A stretch of 55,823 bases of DNA from Deltaproteobacteria bacterium CG11_big_fil_rev_8_21_14_0_20_42_23 (GTDB lineage Bacteria; UBA10199; 2-02-FULL-44-16), in the NCBI GenBank assembly GCA_002796345.1, contig PCXC01000028.1, forward strand, positions 60,009-115,831, given 5' to 3'. Every line of letters starts with the position of its first letter. Within the stretch, counting starts at the first letter, position 1. Below are positions 7,854-17,030 of this stretch, piece by piece. Made by a program: the position numbers and the translations under genes. The notes beneath the pieces are model-generated. The model saw only the letters and a list, made by a program, of their open reading frames with translations, was not told the DNA's origin and ran no database searches.

Positions 7854-10436
7854 ATGAATTCTTTCTTATTTTATCATCATGATGTGAATGATCCCAGTGG
7901 ATCTCTGAAAAAATTTCTTCATGATGTGTCAGCCCTCTATCAAGAAAAAGTTGCATCACCAGATTATGATCCGCTTGAGCTCTGTCGTTTTGTTTCGCAT
8001 TCGTTTGATCAGATTGTGTTGGCTTTCCTTTCTGCGCATCAGATTTCATCATCAGAGTGTTGTGTTCTAGCACTTGGAGGATATGGAAGAGCCGAGATGA
8101 GTGTCTCCACCGATTTGGATGTGCTCTTTTTATGCACAGAAAAGGGATTGAAAAAAATTGAAGCGCTCCTCAACGATTTTCTCTATCCTCTTTGGAATAA
8201 TAGTGTGCGCATAGGTGGTGCCACCAGAACGCTTAAAGATTGTGAGCATGTGTTTATGAAGGGCGATGTCCGTTCCATTACGGCCATGCTGGAGCACCGT
8301 TTTTTATGGGGAAGCGATGAACTTTTTTCTTCTTTTAATGTACTGCTCAAAAAATCATTCAAGAAAAAAAAGATCTATCGACAATTTCTTTCCTCGAAGA
8401 AGGCAGAGCAATCAAAGCGAAAAAAAAGATATGAACAATCACTTTATTTGTTGGAGCCAAATATAAAAGAAAGCCCCGGTGCTTTGAGGTGGATTCATTT
8501 TATTCAGTGGATTATCACCGCGAGAGCATATTATTTTCCTGACAAAGCTCTTCCAGAAGGGTTTCGGCTTAAGCTGATTGAGCTAGATTTAATTCACCGT
8601 TTCTACTGGAGAGTTCGACATTCTTTGCATGCTCTTGCTCACAAAAATCAAGATCGCTTATATGCTGGTGTGCAAGAAGATGTGGCGAAATGGCTTTATT
8701 TTCAAGATACAAAACTTTTGCTGGCTTCCGAGCAACTGATGAAACAATATTACCAGTCTGCTCATTTTTCACATTTTTTATCGCAGCAAATAGTAGAATG
8801 GTTCCAACTGGAATTGGAAGAAAAAAGTTTTTTGCCATTCTTCAAAAAACGGAAAAAAGAAAAACTTTTTTCCGAGAAAAAAAACTTTTCAGCAGAAGAA
8901 ATGTTAAGCTATTTTTTAGAGGCAAAGAGAAAGCATAAGACAATTTCATCATCACTGATGTATCAACTTTCAAATAATTCTCATATTATTACTGAAAAAA
9001 GTTGGACGTCCGAGACAAAAGAAATGTGGAGAACATTTTTTTCTTCATCCACGCCCATTTATCCACTGCTTTCTCAACTTTACGAATGTGGACATTTGGA
9101 AAGATGGTTTCCAGAGCTCACTCCAATTTTGCACCTTTTGCAGCATAACGGATATCACTATTACACTGTTGATGCTCATTCACTTCGAGCCGTCATGGAG
9201 TTGGAAAACTTACTTCAAAAGAAAAAAGGAAGCTCCTTTTTGTTTGCTCAATCGGAAGCAACTGATCTTGCTGTGCTTCGGCTTGCGGCTTTATTTCATG
9301 ATATTGGAAAAGGAAGAGGAGGAGATCATTCCTCTCTTGGATCAGAAATAGCATCTCAACTTGCAGCTAAAATAGGATTGGATTCTGAAAGAACAAAAAA
9401 TCTTTCCTGGCTTGTAAAATCGCATTTGCTCATGCCTAAGCTTGCGTTTAGAAGAGATGTTTCTGACTTGGAAATGATAAAGCGATTTGTGCAATCACTT
9501 CCAACGCCATCACTGCTTTCTTCCCTTTACCTTCTTACTATTGCAGATTTGAAAGCTGTTGGTCCAGGTGTTTGGACAGACTGGAAAGCAAAATTGTTGC
9601 GAGAATTTTATCACCTTTGCTATGAAGTGTGTTCGCATCAGGGCGAATTAAATCAAGAGTTTGAAAAAAGGAAAAAGCATTTGTTGCAAGAGGTGGAAGA
9701 TCTTTCGAAGAAGAGAAGTGTGCCTCAAACATGTATCGACTCATTTTTTTCACAGTTGCCCAGCAAATATTTTTTTTCGGCTTCACCACACATTATAGCC
9801 GAACATCTTTTTTTATTTTTTTCGTTCAAAGAAAAAGGAGGACTTCAAGTAGAATGTTATGCTGATGAAAAATCAAACCTCACCTATCTTTTGCTCTTGG
9901 ATAAAGATAGACACGGACTTTTTTCGGATGCTTGCGGTATTTTAAGTTATTATGGCGCAAATATTGTGGAAGCAAAAATTTTTACTTCACAAAATGGATG
10001 TGCTGTCGATTCGTTTGCGCTTACAGCAAAAGACGGTTCACGCTTCGACCTTAAAAAATATATTAACCTTATACAATCAGATTTTCTTCATGCACAACGT
10101 GATGAACACTTTCTTTCTGGGCGTTTAGAAAAAGCATTTCCACATGAAAAAAGAAAAAAGTTTTTTGATCCGCGAGAAATAAAAATTGAAATCGACAACG
10201 ATGTTTCCGAAAGCGATACGGTGGTAGAAATTCATACCTACGATGAAGAAGGGTTGCTCTATAATTTATCCAGGGCTTTAGTTGATTCAAAGTCCAGCCT
10301 TCATTTGGCCTACATTGTGACTCAAGTTGAAAGAGTCATCGATGTTTTTTACATTCGAAATGACGAAGGAAAAAAAATTACAGACAAAAAACAGTTGAAA
10401 GCGTTAAGAGAAAACATCGAAAGAAGAATCTTGTGA
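7854..10436 (+). CDS. glnD: [protein-PII] uridylyltransferase/uridylyl-removing enzyme
   Basis: 860 aa. Nucleotidyltransferase motif GGYGRAEMSVSTDLDVLF, HD motif LFHDIGKG, and two ACT-like segments at the C-terminus. Confidence 0.9.
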   Translation: MNSFLFYHHDVNDPSGSLKKFLHDVSALYQEKVASPDYDPLELCRFVSHSFDQIVLAFLSAHQISSSECCVLALGGYGRAEMSVSTDLDVLFLCTEKGLKKIEALLNDFLYPLWNNSVRIGGATRTLKDCEHVFMKGDVRSITAMLEHRFLWGSDELFSSFNVLLKKSFKKKKIYRQFLSSKKAEQSKRKKRYEQSLYLLEPNIKESPGALRWIHFIQWIITARAYYFPDKALPEGFRLKLIELDLIHRFYWRVRHSLHALAHKNQDRLYAGVQEDVAKWLYFQDTKLLLASEQLMKQYYQSAHFSHFLSQQIVEWFQLELEEKSFLPFFKKRKKEKLFSEKKNFSAEEMLSYFLEAKRKHKTISSSLMYQLSNNSHIITEKSWTSETKEMWRTFFSSSTPIYPLLSQLYECGHLERWFPELTPILHLLQHNGYHYYTVDAHSLRAVMELENLLQKKKGSSFLFAQSEATDLAVLRLAALFHDIGKGRGGDHSSLGSEIASQLAAKIGLDSERTKNLSWLVKSHLLMPKLAFRRDVSDLEMIKRFVQSLPTPSLLSSLYLLTIADLKAVGPGVWTDWKAKLLREFYHLCYEVCSHQGELNQEFEKRKKHLLQEVEDLSKKRSVPQTCIDSFFSQLPSKYFFSASPHIIAEHLFLFFSFKEKGGLQVECYADEKSNLTYLLLLDKDRHGLFSDACGILSYYGANIVEAKIFTSQNGCAVDSFALTAKDGSRFDLKKYINLIQSDFLHAQRDEHFLSGRLEKAFPHEKRKKFFDPREIKIEIDNDVSESDTVVEIHTYDEEGLLYNLSRALVDSKSSLHLAYIVTQVERVIDVFYIRNDEGKKITDKKQLKALRENIERRIL

Positions 10437-10443
10437 GGACAGG

Positions 10444-10656
10444 ATGAAATTATTTTTCTTCAGTTTACTTGTGCTTTTCACGTTCATTGGATTTTTCTTT
10501 TATCAAGATACAAAATACAGAAAGAAAAAACTCAGCGATGTTTTGGGCGAGGAGATAAAAGAAGAGCTAAACGAAGAAATGTCACAACTACAAAACAGAA
10601 AACAAAAATTTGAACAGGCTTTAGAACAAGCTAAAAAAGGAAAACATAAAAGCTAA
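10444..10656 (+). CDS. small membrane-anchored coiled-coil protein, 70 aa
   Basis: GAGGA SD overlapping the glnD stop. N-terminal TM segment (FFFSLLVLFTFIGFFFY), then a Glu/Lys/Gln-rich helix. No family recognised. Confidence 0.5.
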   Translation: MKLFFFSLLVLFTFIGFFFYQDTKYRKKKLSDVLGEEIKEELNEEMSQLQNRKQKFEQALEQAKKGKHKS

Positions 10657-10997
10657 AACGTTTTTTCAATTTTCATTTTCTGCAAAAGGCTATCTACTTC
10701 TTCGTCGTAACCTGGTTCATCAAAAAAGCTTTGGTCTTTGTCTTCTTCACTGCCAAACTTACGTGCTACCGTTTCTTCAAATTTGTCTGATCTGATATCT
10801 TTTTTGATGGCATCCACATATTTTCCTGGATTGCCTTTCATCATATACTCAACGTATTGATTCAGCTTTTTGGCAGCGGACTTCTTCTTTTTCTCTTTCA
10901 GTTTTCTCCAGAGGACCAAGTAGTGAAGCCGGCAATAGCCCTCTGTGGTTGCTGCATCCAAGCAATCTTTGAACTTACAAATCTTAATTTTGGCCAT
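10653..10997 (-). CDS. hypothetical protein with an N-terminal C-x4-C-x10-C-x2-H motif, 114 aa
   Basis: AAGG SD upstream. N-terminus MAKIKICKFKDCLDAATTEGYCRLHY looks like a putative zinc knuckle. Followed by a Lys-rich stretch and an acidic tail. Confidence 0.6.
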   Translation of the reverse strand: MAKIKICKFKDCLDAATTEGYCRLHYLVLWRKLKEKKKKSAAKKLNQYVEYMMKGNPGKYVDAIKKDIRSDKFEETVARKFGSEEDKDQSFFDEPGYDEEVDSLLQKMKIEKTF

Positions 10998-11209
10998 GAT
11001 CTTACCTTAAGCTCTTGAGATGGTTCATCTTTTTTCTTTAGCCTTCATTTATGAAGCAAAGGGCTGGCTATTTCCCCAAAGAGTTTGGTGTTCGTAACCA
11101 ATTCCTTCTGCAAAGTCAAATGTTCAAGTGTTTAAAAACGCTTGCCTTTTTGAGATGGAGTGTTATCACCGTCCGACTTAAACTGGACACCAAACCGAGG
11201 AGAAAATGC

Positions 11210-13111
11210 ATGGAAAAAAAAGTCTTTGTGCCATTTGTTCCAGCAGAAAAGAGCCTTCCAGAGTTTACCTTTAGAGCAGTTTTGCTGGGAATTGTGCTTT
11301 CGGTTGTCATGGGAGCTGCCAATGCCTATCTTGGCCTGTATGCGGGAATGACGGTTGCTGCTTCCATCCCAGCCGCAGTTGTTTCTATGGCCATTCTTCG
11401 AGGCGTTTTTAGAAACGGAAATATTCTCGAGAACAACATTGTTCAAACCATTGCCAGTGCTGGCGAAAGCTTAGCTGCTGGAATTATTTTTACGGTTCCC
11501 GCTTTAGTTTTGGTGGGCGCATGGAAAAATTTTGAATTTTGGCCTACAACCCTCATTGCTATTTCCGGTGGATTATTTGGAGTTGGATTTATGGTTCCCC
11601 TCCGTCGTGCGCTGATCATAGAAGAGGAAGAACTCGTCTTCCCTGAAGGCGTTGCGTGCGCAGAGGTGCTCATTGCAGGGGAGAGTGGCGGCGCCAGCAT
11701 TAAACCTATTCTTACGGGGCTTTCCATTGGCGCCGTGTTTAAATTTTGCATTTCAGGCATCACCTATATCAAAGGTTCTGTTGAGTGGGCTGCCAGAGCT
11801 GGCAATTCCATTTTCTTTGTGGGAAGTGATTTGTCACCTGCGTTATTTGCGGTGGGCTACATCATCAATCTCGAAATTGCAGCGCTTGTTTTTCTAGGTG
11901 GGGTGATTGGATGGGTGATTGGGATTCCTTTTTTGGGAAGTGGTGGGCTTGACGCTGCAATGGATCCTCTTGATGCGGCCTGGACGCTGTGGAGCCAGCA
12001 AATTCGTTACATCGGCGTTGGCGCCATGCTTGTGGGTGGTATTTGGTCTATCATTGGCGTGCGACACGGCATTTCAAAAAGCATCAAAAGGCTCATGGCT
12101 GCTCGTTATCCGGTGCAAGAAGATAAGCCGGTGATTGAAAGAACAGATAAAGACATTCCTTTTATGCAGTTGTTTTTCATTTTGTTGATTGCGGCAGTTG
12201 GGATGTTTTTTATGTATTACCATTTCATCGGCACTCTTGGAATCACGCTCTTTTCTTTAAGTATTATGATGATTTGCGCGTTCTTCTTTGTTGCTGTTTC
12301 AAGTTACATTGTGGGATTGGTGGGAACTTCCAATAACCCCGTTTCAGGTATGACCATTTGTACTTTGTTGGGAACAGCTGGTTTGTTTTTGCTCTTGGGT
12401 TTCGAAGGCATTCAGGCAAGTCTTGTTACGCTTGGAGTTGCAAGCGTAGTGTGTTGTGCTGCTGCTACGGCAGGTGACGTGTCTCAAGATTTGAAATCGG
12501 GTTCTCTTGTTGGGGCATCGCCCTTCAAAATGCAGTGGGCTCAGATAATAGGAGTTGTTGCCGCAGCATTTGTTTTAGCGCCCGTGCTAACCCTTCTTCA
12601 CAAAGCTTATGGCATTGGAACAGGGTTGAAAGCGCCTCAAGCAACGCTGTTTGCAAGTATCGTCAATGCAATGTTTGGAAGCGGCAAAATGCCTTGGGGT
12701 ATGGTTCAGATTGGAATGCTTGTTGGAGTAGCATTGATTGTTGCAAATGAATGGCTGAAAAAAACAGGTTCACGTTTTAGAACGCATGTGATGCCAGTTG
12801 CTATTGGAATTTACTTGCCGTTTACGCTTTCGGTTCCCATTTTTCTCGGTGGCCTCTTGCGTACGATCATTGAAAAGCAGTTTGGCAAAAAGCTTTCAGA
12901 AACAGACAGCATGCATGATTACGGTGTCTTGTTTAGTTCGGGACTTATAGCCGGTGAGTCTCTTATTGGAATTGTGATTGCTATTTTAATAGGAGGAAAT
13001 TTTGGTTTTCCTCTTTCTCGCGAAAATGGAAACCTAAGCTCATCACTTCTTTTCGCGGCGGTGATTGTAGTGTTTTACCTTCTCAAACGAAATTATGTTA
13101 GAAAACATTAA
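11210..13111 (+). CDS. OPT-family oligopeptide transporter
   Basis: ORF-track frame 11051..13111, trimmed to the ATG at 11210 (GAGGAG SD 8 nt upstream). Multi-pass membrane protein. The N-terminal block EFTFRAVLLGIVLSVVMGAANAYLGLYAGMTVAASIPAAV is typical of bacterial OPT transporters. Confidence 0.85.
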   Translation: MEKKVFVPFVPAEKSLPEFTFRAVLLGIVLSVVMGAANAYLGLYAGMTVAASIPAAVVSMAILRGVFRNGNILENNIVQTIASAGESLAAGIIFTVPALVLVGAWKNFEFWPTTLIAISGGLFGVGFMVPLRRALIIEEEELVFPEGVACAEVLIAGESGGASIKPILTGLSIGAVFKFCISGITYIKGSVEWAARAGNSIFFVGSDLSPALFAVGYIINLEIAALVFLGGVIGWVIGIPFLGSGGLDAAMDPLDAAWTLWSQQIRYIGVGAMLVGGIWSIIGVRHGISKSIKRLMAARYPVQEDKPVIERTDKDIPFMQLFFILLIAAVGMFFMYYHFIGTLGITLFSLSIMMICAFFFVAVSSYIVGLVGTSNNPVSGMTICTLLGTAGLFLLLGFEGIQASLVTLGVASVVCCAAATAGDVSQDLKSGSLVGASPFKMQWAQIIGVVAAAFVLAPVLTLLHKAYGIGTGLKAPQATLFASIVNAMFGSGKMPWGMVQIGMLVGVALIVANEWLKKTGSRFRTHVMPVAIGIYLPFTLSVPIFLGGLLRTIIEKQFGKKLSETDSMHDYGVLFSSGLIAGESLIGIVIAILIGGNFGFPLSRENGNLSSSLLFAAVIVVFYLLKRNYVRKH

Positions 13112-13472
13112 AAAGAAAAAAAAGCATCACGAGACAAATTGGTCAGAGGTGGTAGCAAAGCCAAAAGTAAAAGCGGAACCGAGGAACGAAAAGGAGGATA
13201 CTCTCTTAGTTCCTCGCTTTCGTTCTGGGCTGCTCAAAAAAGTACTGCAGCCACGGCTTTCTTCTCCTTATATCAAGGTGAAGTTAGATGAATATGGCAC
13301 ATTCATTTGGCGGCAAATTGAGGCAGAGAAAAGCTTTGCAGACATGATTGCTGAAATAAAAAAACAGTATGGTTCAGATTTTGTTTCACCTGAAGAAAGA
13401 ACACAGCAGTTTTTAAAAGCGTTATTAAAAAGAGATCTTATTGCGTTATACACATCAAGAGAAGGTGAGTAA
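13095..13472 (+). CDS. PqqD-family (RRE-like) protein with a Lys-rich N-terminal extension
   Basis: C-terminal 70 aa (KVKLDEYGTFIWRQIEAEKSFADMIAEIKKQYG...EERTQQFLKALLKRDLI) fit the PqqD fold pattern LxExGxxIW...(ligand-helix)...FLxxLxxxxLI. Overlaps the OPT 3' end by 17 nt. Confidence 0.6.
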   Translation: MLENIKKKKKHHETNWSEVVAKPKVKAEPRNEKEDTLLVPRFRSGLLKKVLQPRLSSPYIKVKLDEYGTFIWRQIEAEKSFADMIAEIKKQYGSDFVSPEERTQQFLKALLKRDLIALYTSREGE

Positions 13473-13475
13473 AAA

Positions 13476-14897
13476 ATGGATTCACAAAAGAAAGTTTATC
13501 TCAAAACATTTGGTTGCCAAATGAACGAACACGATAGCCAAGCCATGCTCAATATGTTGAAAAGGCAAGGGTATCAAACTGTTTCCAAGGCGGAAGATGC
13601 AGATCTCATTTTGTACAATACCTGCACTATCCGAGAAAAAGCTTACCACAAGGCGATGAGTGATTTGGGAAGAGCTAAGGAACACAAAAAACTTCGTGAC
13701 GATGTGCAAATTGGAATTACAGGATGCGCCGCTCAGCAAGGAAAAGAAGATATTGCTCGCAGATTTAAGCATGTCGATTTTATTTTGGGGCCAGATCAAT
13801 TGCTTCAGCTTCCAAGTCTTGCGGGCAGAGAAAAAAGTCAAAAAGCTTATGTTGCAACCGAGCTGATCAACGATTCAAAAAACTACGAGTTTTTAGATGT
13901 TGTTCCAGATCATGATGTAGAAGGTTCAACCGCTTTTGTTTCCATTATGAAAGGCTGCAACTGTAAATGTAGCTACTGCATTGTTCCAGCCGTTCGTGGG
14001 CGAGAAGTTTACCGTACAGGAAAAGAAGTGGTTGATGATATCAAAAGGTTGGTGGACCGTGGAGTAAAAGAGGTAATGTTGCTTGGTCAAAACGTAGCAT
14101 CTTATCGTGATCCTCTTTACGGTGATGCTGCCATTGCACCCATTGCTGGCACTGGAAACCAACCCAGAAGTTTAGCAGCACTTATTCGGCTCATTGCGGA
14201 CAACACCAATATTGAACGCATTCGTTTTACCTCTCCACATCCACGTGACATTGAAGATACTCTCATCGAGGCTTACCGCGATGTTGAAAAACTATGTGGC
14301 CAAATTCATTTACCTGCGCAATCAGGAAGTAACGCAATGTTGAAGCGCATGCGAAGAGGTTACACGCGAGAGCATTATTTAAACATTGTTGAAAAAGTGA
14401 GAGCAGCTAGACCTGGCATTGCCATCAGCACAGATCTTATTGTAGGTTTTTGTGGCGAAACCGATGAAGAATTTCAAGACAGTTTGAGTTTGCTTCGCGA
14501 AGTGCAATACGATGCTTTGTTTGCTTTTTCTTATTCCGAGCGCCCGGGAACCTATGCTACAAGCTCATTGCAGGATGACGTTCCAGAAAAAGTAAAAAAA
14601 GCCAGGCTAAAAGAATTGCTTCAACTTGATCAAGTTATTTCGTTTGAAAAAAATAAGCAGCTTGTGGGAAAAGTGGTTTCAACTTTAGTGACTGGTTTCG
14701 ATAAGCATGGACATGGAAAGCTTCAAGGAAGAGCTGATGACAATCGCCTCATTCATTTCCAAGGTGATCGTTCGCTCATTGGAAGTATTGTTCCGGTGAT
14801 GCTTACAGAAGCAAGAGGCAATTCACTTGAGGGCGAGCTTCTTTTTAATGATCATTCTCGTGAATATCATCATATTCGCGTTAACAGTTGCAACTAG
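13476..14897 (+). CDS. miaB: tRNA-2-methylthio-N6-dimethylallyladenosine synthase
   Basis: UPF0004 N-terminal domain with FGCQMNEHDS, radical-SAM CxxxCxxC (CNCKCSYC), and a C-terminal TRAM-like region. Confidence 0.93.
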   Translation: MDSQKKVYLKTFGCQMNEHDSQAMLNMLKRQGYQTVSKAEDADLILYNTCTIREKAYHKAMSDLGRAKEHKKLRDDVQIGITGCAAQQGKEDIARRFKHVDFILGPDQLLQLPSLAGREKSQKAYVATELINDSKNYEFLDVVPDHDVEGSTAFVSIMKGCNCKCSYCIVPAVRGREVYRTGKEVVDDIKRLVDRGVKEVMLLGQNVASYRDPLYGDAAIAPIAGTGNQPRSLAALIRLIADNTNIERIRFTSPHPRDIEDTLIEAYRDVEKLCGQIHLPAQSGSNAMLKRMRRGYTREHYLNIVEKVRAARPGIAISTDLIVGFCGETDEEFQDSLSLLREVQYDALFAFSYSERPGTYATSSLQDDVPEKVKKARLKELLQLDQVISFEKNKQLVGKVVSTLVTGFDKHGHGKLQGRADDNRLIHFQGDRSLIGSIVPVMLTEARGNSLEGELLFNDHSREYHHIRVNSCN

Positions 14898-14905
14898 GGG
14901 GAACG

Positions 14906-15439
14906 ATGGAATTTATTCCAAAAAAATCGCAAGAGTGTGAGTTGGTTCAAATGAAAGTGACTGGGCTCACTATAGATCCTTTCACCAATATGCCTATTAT
15001 TATTTTAAAGGACATCGAAGGGAAAAAATCACTTCCCATTTGGATAGGACTCATTGAAGCTTCAGCCATTGCGACAGAGCTAGAGCAAATTGAACTGAGT
15101 CGTCCGATGACACATGATCTTTTGAAAAATATTCTCGATGCCGCAAACGTGGTGATAAAAAATGTAGCTGTTGTCGATCTCTCAGACAACACGTTTTATG
15201 CAGAGATTTCTTGTATGCACGATGCGGCCGAGTGGACATTGGATGCAAGACCAAGTGACGCTATAGCGCTTGCCTTACGCACAAATGCCCCCATCTACGT
15301 GGCTCAGCACGTCATAGAAAAATCACGTCAAATTGATATTCATTATGATGAGGCTGATTTGGAACAAAACAGAAAACAAAAATGGACCGAAATTTTAGAA
15401 AATCTTTCACCTGAAGATTTTGGAAAGTATAAAATGTAG
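14906..15439 (+). CDS. bifunctional nuclease (BFN/DUF151) family protein
   Basis: ATG at 14906 with an AGGGGG SD. Motifs PIWIG..EA.AI, RP.THDL and DARPSDAIALALR, plus a C-terminal EDFGKYKM tail typical of bacterial BFN proteins. Confidence 0.8.
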   Translation: MEFIPKKSQECELVQMKVTGLTIDPFTNMPIIILKDIEGKKSLPIWIGLIEASAIATELEQIELSRPMTHDLLKNILDAANVVIKNVAVVDLSDNTFYAEISCMHDAAEWTLDARPSDAIALALRTNAPIYVAQHVIEKSRQIDIHYDEADLEQNRKQKWTEILENLSPEDFGKYKM

Positions 15440-15443
15440 TTTT

Positions 15444-15959
15444 ATGAAAATAGATTTTCATCACCATAGTCCTCAGATTGAGCAAGACGTTTTTGTTGCT
15501 CCCACAGCGACCCTTATTGGCCAAGTTACGTTGGCAAGTGGTTCGAGTGTTTTGTTTGGAGCAGTGTTGCGGGGAGATTCAAACACCATCAGCATTGGCC
15601 AGCATTCAAATGTTCAAGATCTTTGTGTGTTGCACGTTGATGGAAAGCATAAGTTATCTGTTGGTGAATATGTTTCGCTTGGGCACAAAGCATTATTGCA
15701 TGGATGCACCATTGGAAACAGAGTTCTGGTAGGTATGGGCGCCATCATCATGAACGGAGTAGAAATAGGTGATGACTGCATTATTGCAGCTGGTGCTCTT
15801 ATTCCAGAGGGAAAAAAAATCCCATCCGGTTCACTTGTTATAGGCATGCCAGGAAAAGTAGCCAGAGAAATTACTGCAGAAGAAAAAGTATCTATTGTAG
15901 ATAATGCAAAACATTATGTACAACTTTCAAAGACGTATTCCACGCTGTTGAAGGCATAA
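15444..15959 (+). CDS. gamma-carbonic-anhydrase-like left-handed beta-helix protein (YrdA/PaaY family)
   Basis: Hexapeptide repeats. VAPTATLIGQV.L...SSV.FGAVLRGD...I.IG..SNVQD and GH.A.LHGC.IG match the gamma-CA family pattern. Confidence 0.85.
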   Translation: MKIDFHHHSPQIEQDVFVAPTATLIGQVTLASGSSVLFGAVLRGDSNTISIGQHSNVQDLCVLHVDGKHKLSVGEYVSLGHKALLHGCTIGNRVLVGMGAIIMNGVEIGDDCIIAAGALIPEGKKIPSGSLVIGMPGKVAREITAEEKVSIVDNAKHYVQLSKTYSTLLKA

Positions 15960-15966
15960 AATTCAC

Positions 15967-16962
15967 ATGTTATATCCACGTTTCAAGCATTTTATTGAAC
16001 AAAAAAAAATGTTCTCACTTGGGGAAACGCTTGTAGTTGGTGCGTCCGCGGGTGTTGACTCGATGGTGCTTTTTGATTTGCTCTTGAAATTATCTCACGT
16101 TTGGAAGCTTAAGCTTGTTCTTGTTCATGTAAATTACAAACTTCGCGGGGAACATTCCGATCTCGATGAAATGCTGGTTCAGGAAAAAGCAAATGCAGCT
16201 TCTGTTCCTTTTTTTAGGTTCACTCATACTGAAAAAAGTGAAGGAAACTTTCAGGAAAAGGCCAGAACATTTCGAAGAAGCAAAATGGAAGAAGTGCTCG
16301 ATCAGCAAAACGCAGCCTGTATTGCACTTGCGCATCATCAAAATGATCAGGCCGAAACCTTTCTTCTTCGTCTTTTGCGCGGAACTGGGCTTAAAGGCTT
16401 GGGAGGAATGAAAGGAAGTTCTCTTTCAAAAAGTGGAAAAAAATACATCCGGCCACTACTGCCATTTACTCGTGAGGAAATTGAAGCCTATGCAGAAGAA
16501 CATAAAATTGCATATCGTCACGATGCTTCAAATGATGATGTTTCCTACAAAAGAAATTGGATTCGACATGAAGTTTTGCAGCAATTAAAACAAGCCAATC
16601 CAAAAATTGTGAATCACTTGTCTCATCTTTCCTCACAACTACGTGAAGATGAAGAGGCGCTAGAATACTATGTTGAAGCGGCTTTGCAGAAGGTGAGTAT
16701 TTCGGAAGACTTTGGAAAGTGTAGCCTAAAAAGGGAGATTTACAATTCCCTCCCAAAGGCGATTCGTCTACGGTTGTCGGCAGCGGTTTTTCAAAAGCTT
16801 TTTTTAGAATCTGCCATACTCAGCGCTGATCATCGCGAAAAAATTGACCATATTGCACTGCGTAAAGAAGGTGGAAAAGCTCAATACTTTCTTCCTCTTA
16901 ATGTTCTTTTTACTCGCGATCATGAAAAAATATACTTCCAAAAAGAGAACGTATCTGAGTAA
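15967..16962 (+). CDS. tilS: tRNA(Ile)-lysidine synthase
   Basis: PP-loop VGASAGVDSMVL, followed by AHHQNDQAETFLLRLLRG. Confidence 0.85.
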   Translation: MLYPRFKHFIEQKKMFSLGETLVVGASAGVDSMVLFDLLLKLSHVWKLKLVLVHVNYKLRGEHSDLDEMLVQEKANAASVPFFRFTHTEKSEGNFQEKARTFRRSKMEEVLDQQNAACIALAHHQNDQAETFLLRLLRGTGLKGLGGMKGSSLSKSGKKYIRPLLPFTREEIEAYAEEHKIAYRHDASNDDVSYKRNWIRHEVLQQLKQANPKIVNHLSHLSSQLREDEEALEYYVEAALQKVSISEDFGKCSLKREIYNSLPKAIRLRLSAAVFQKLFLESAILSADHREKIDHIALRKEGGKAQYFLPLNVLFTRDHEKIYFQKENVSE

Positions 16963-17030
16963 ACTGAGCCCGATTATGATTGATTCTTCTTTTCAGTAGG
17001 TTATGAAGCTTCAACACAACAGAGGATATT

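Noticed and set aside
11015-11158. Repeated 9-mer TTGAGATGG (11015 and 11150) in the OPT upstream region
   Set aside because: Two copies of a 9-mer in 55 kb of AT-rich DNA can occur by chance. There is no further symmetry or flanking similarity.
13095-14897. PqqD-like protein plus a radical-SAM enzyme as a RiPP biosynthetic cluster
   Set aside because: The radical-SAM protein has the full MiaB architecture (UPF0004, rSAM, TRAM). There is no precursor-peptide ORF, protease or exporter. I kept only the PqqD-like gene itself as a low-level curiosity.
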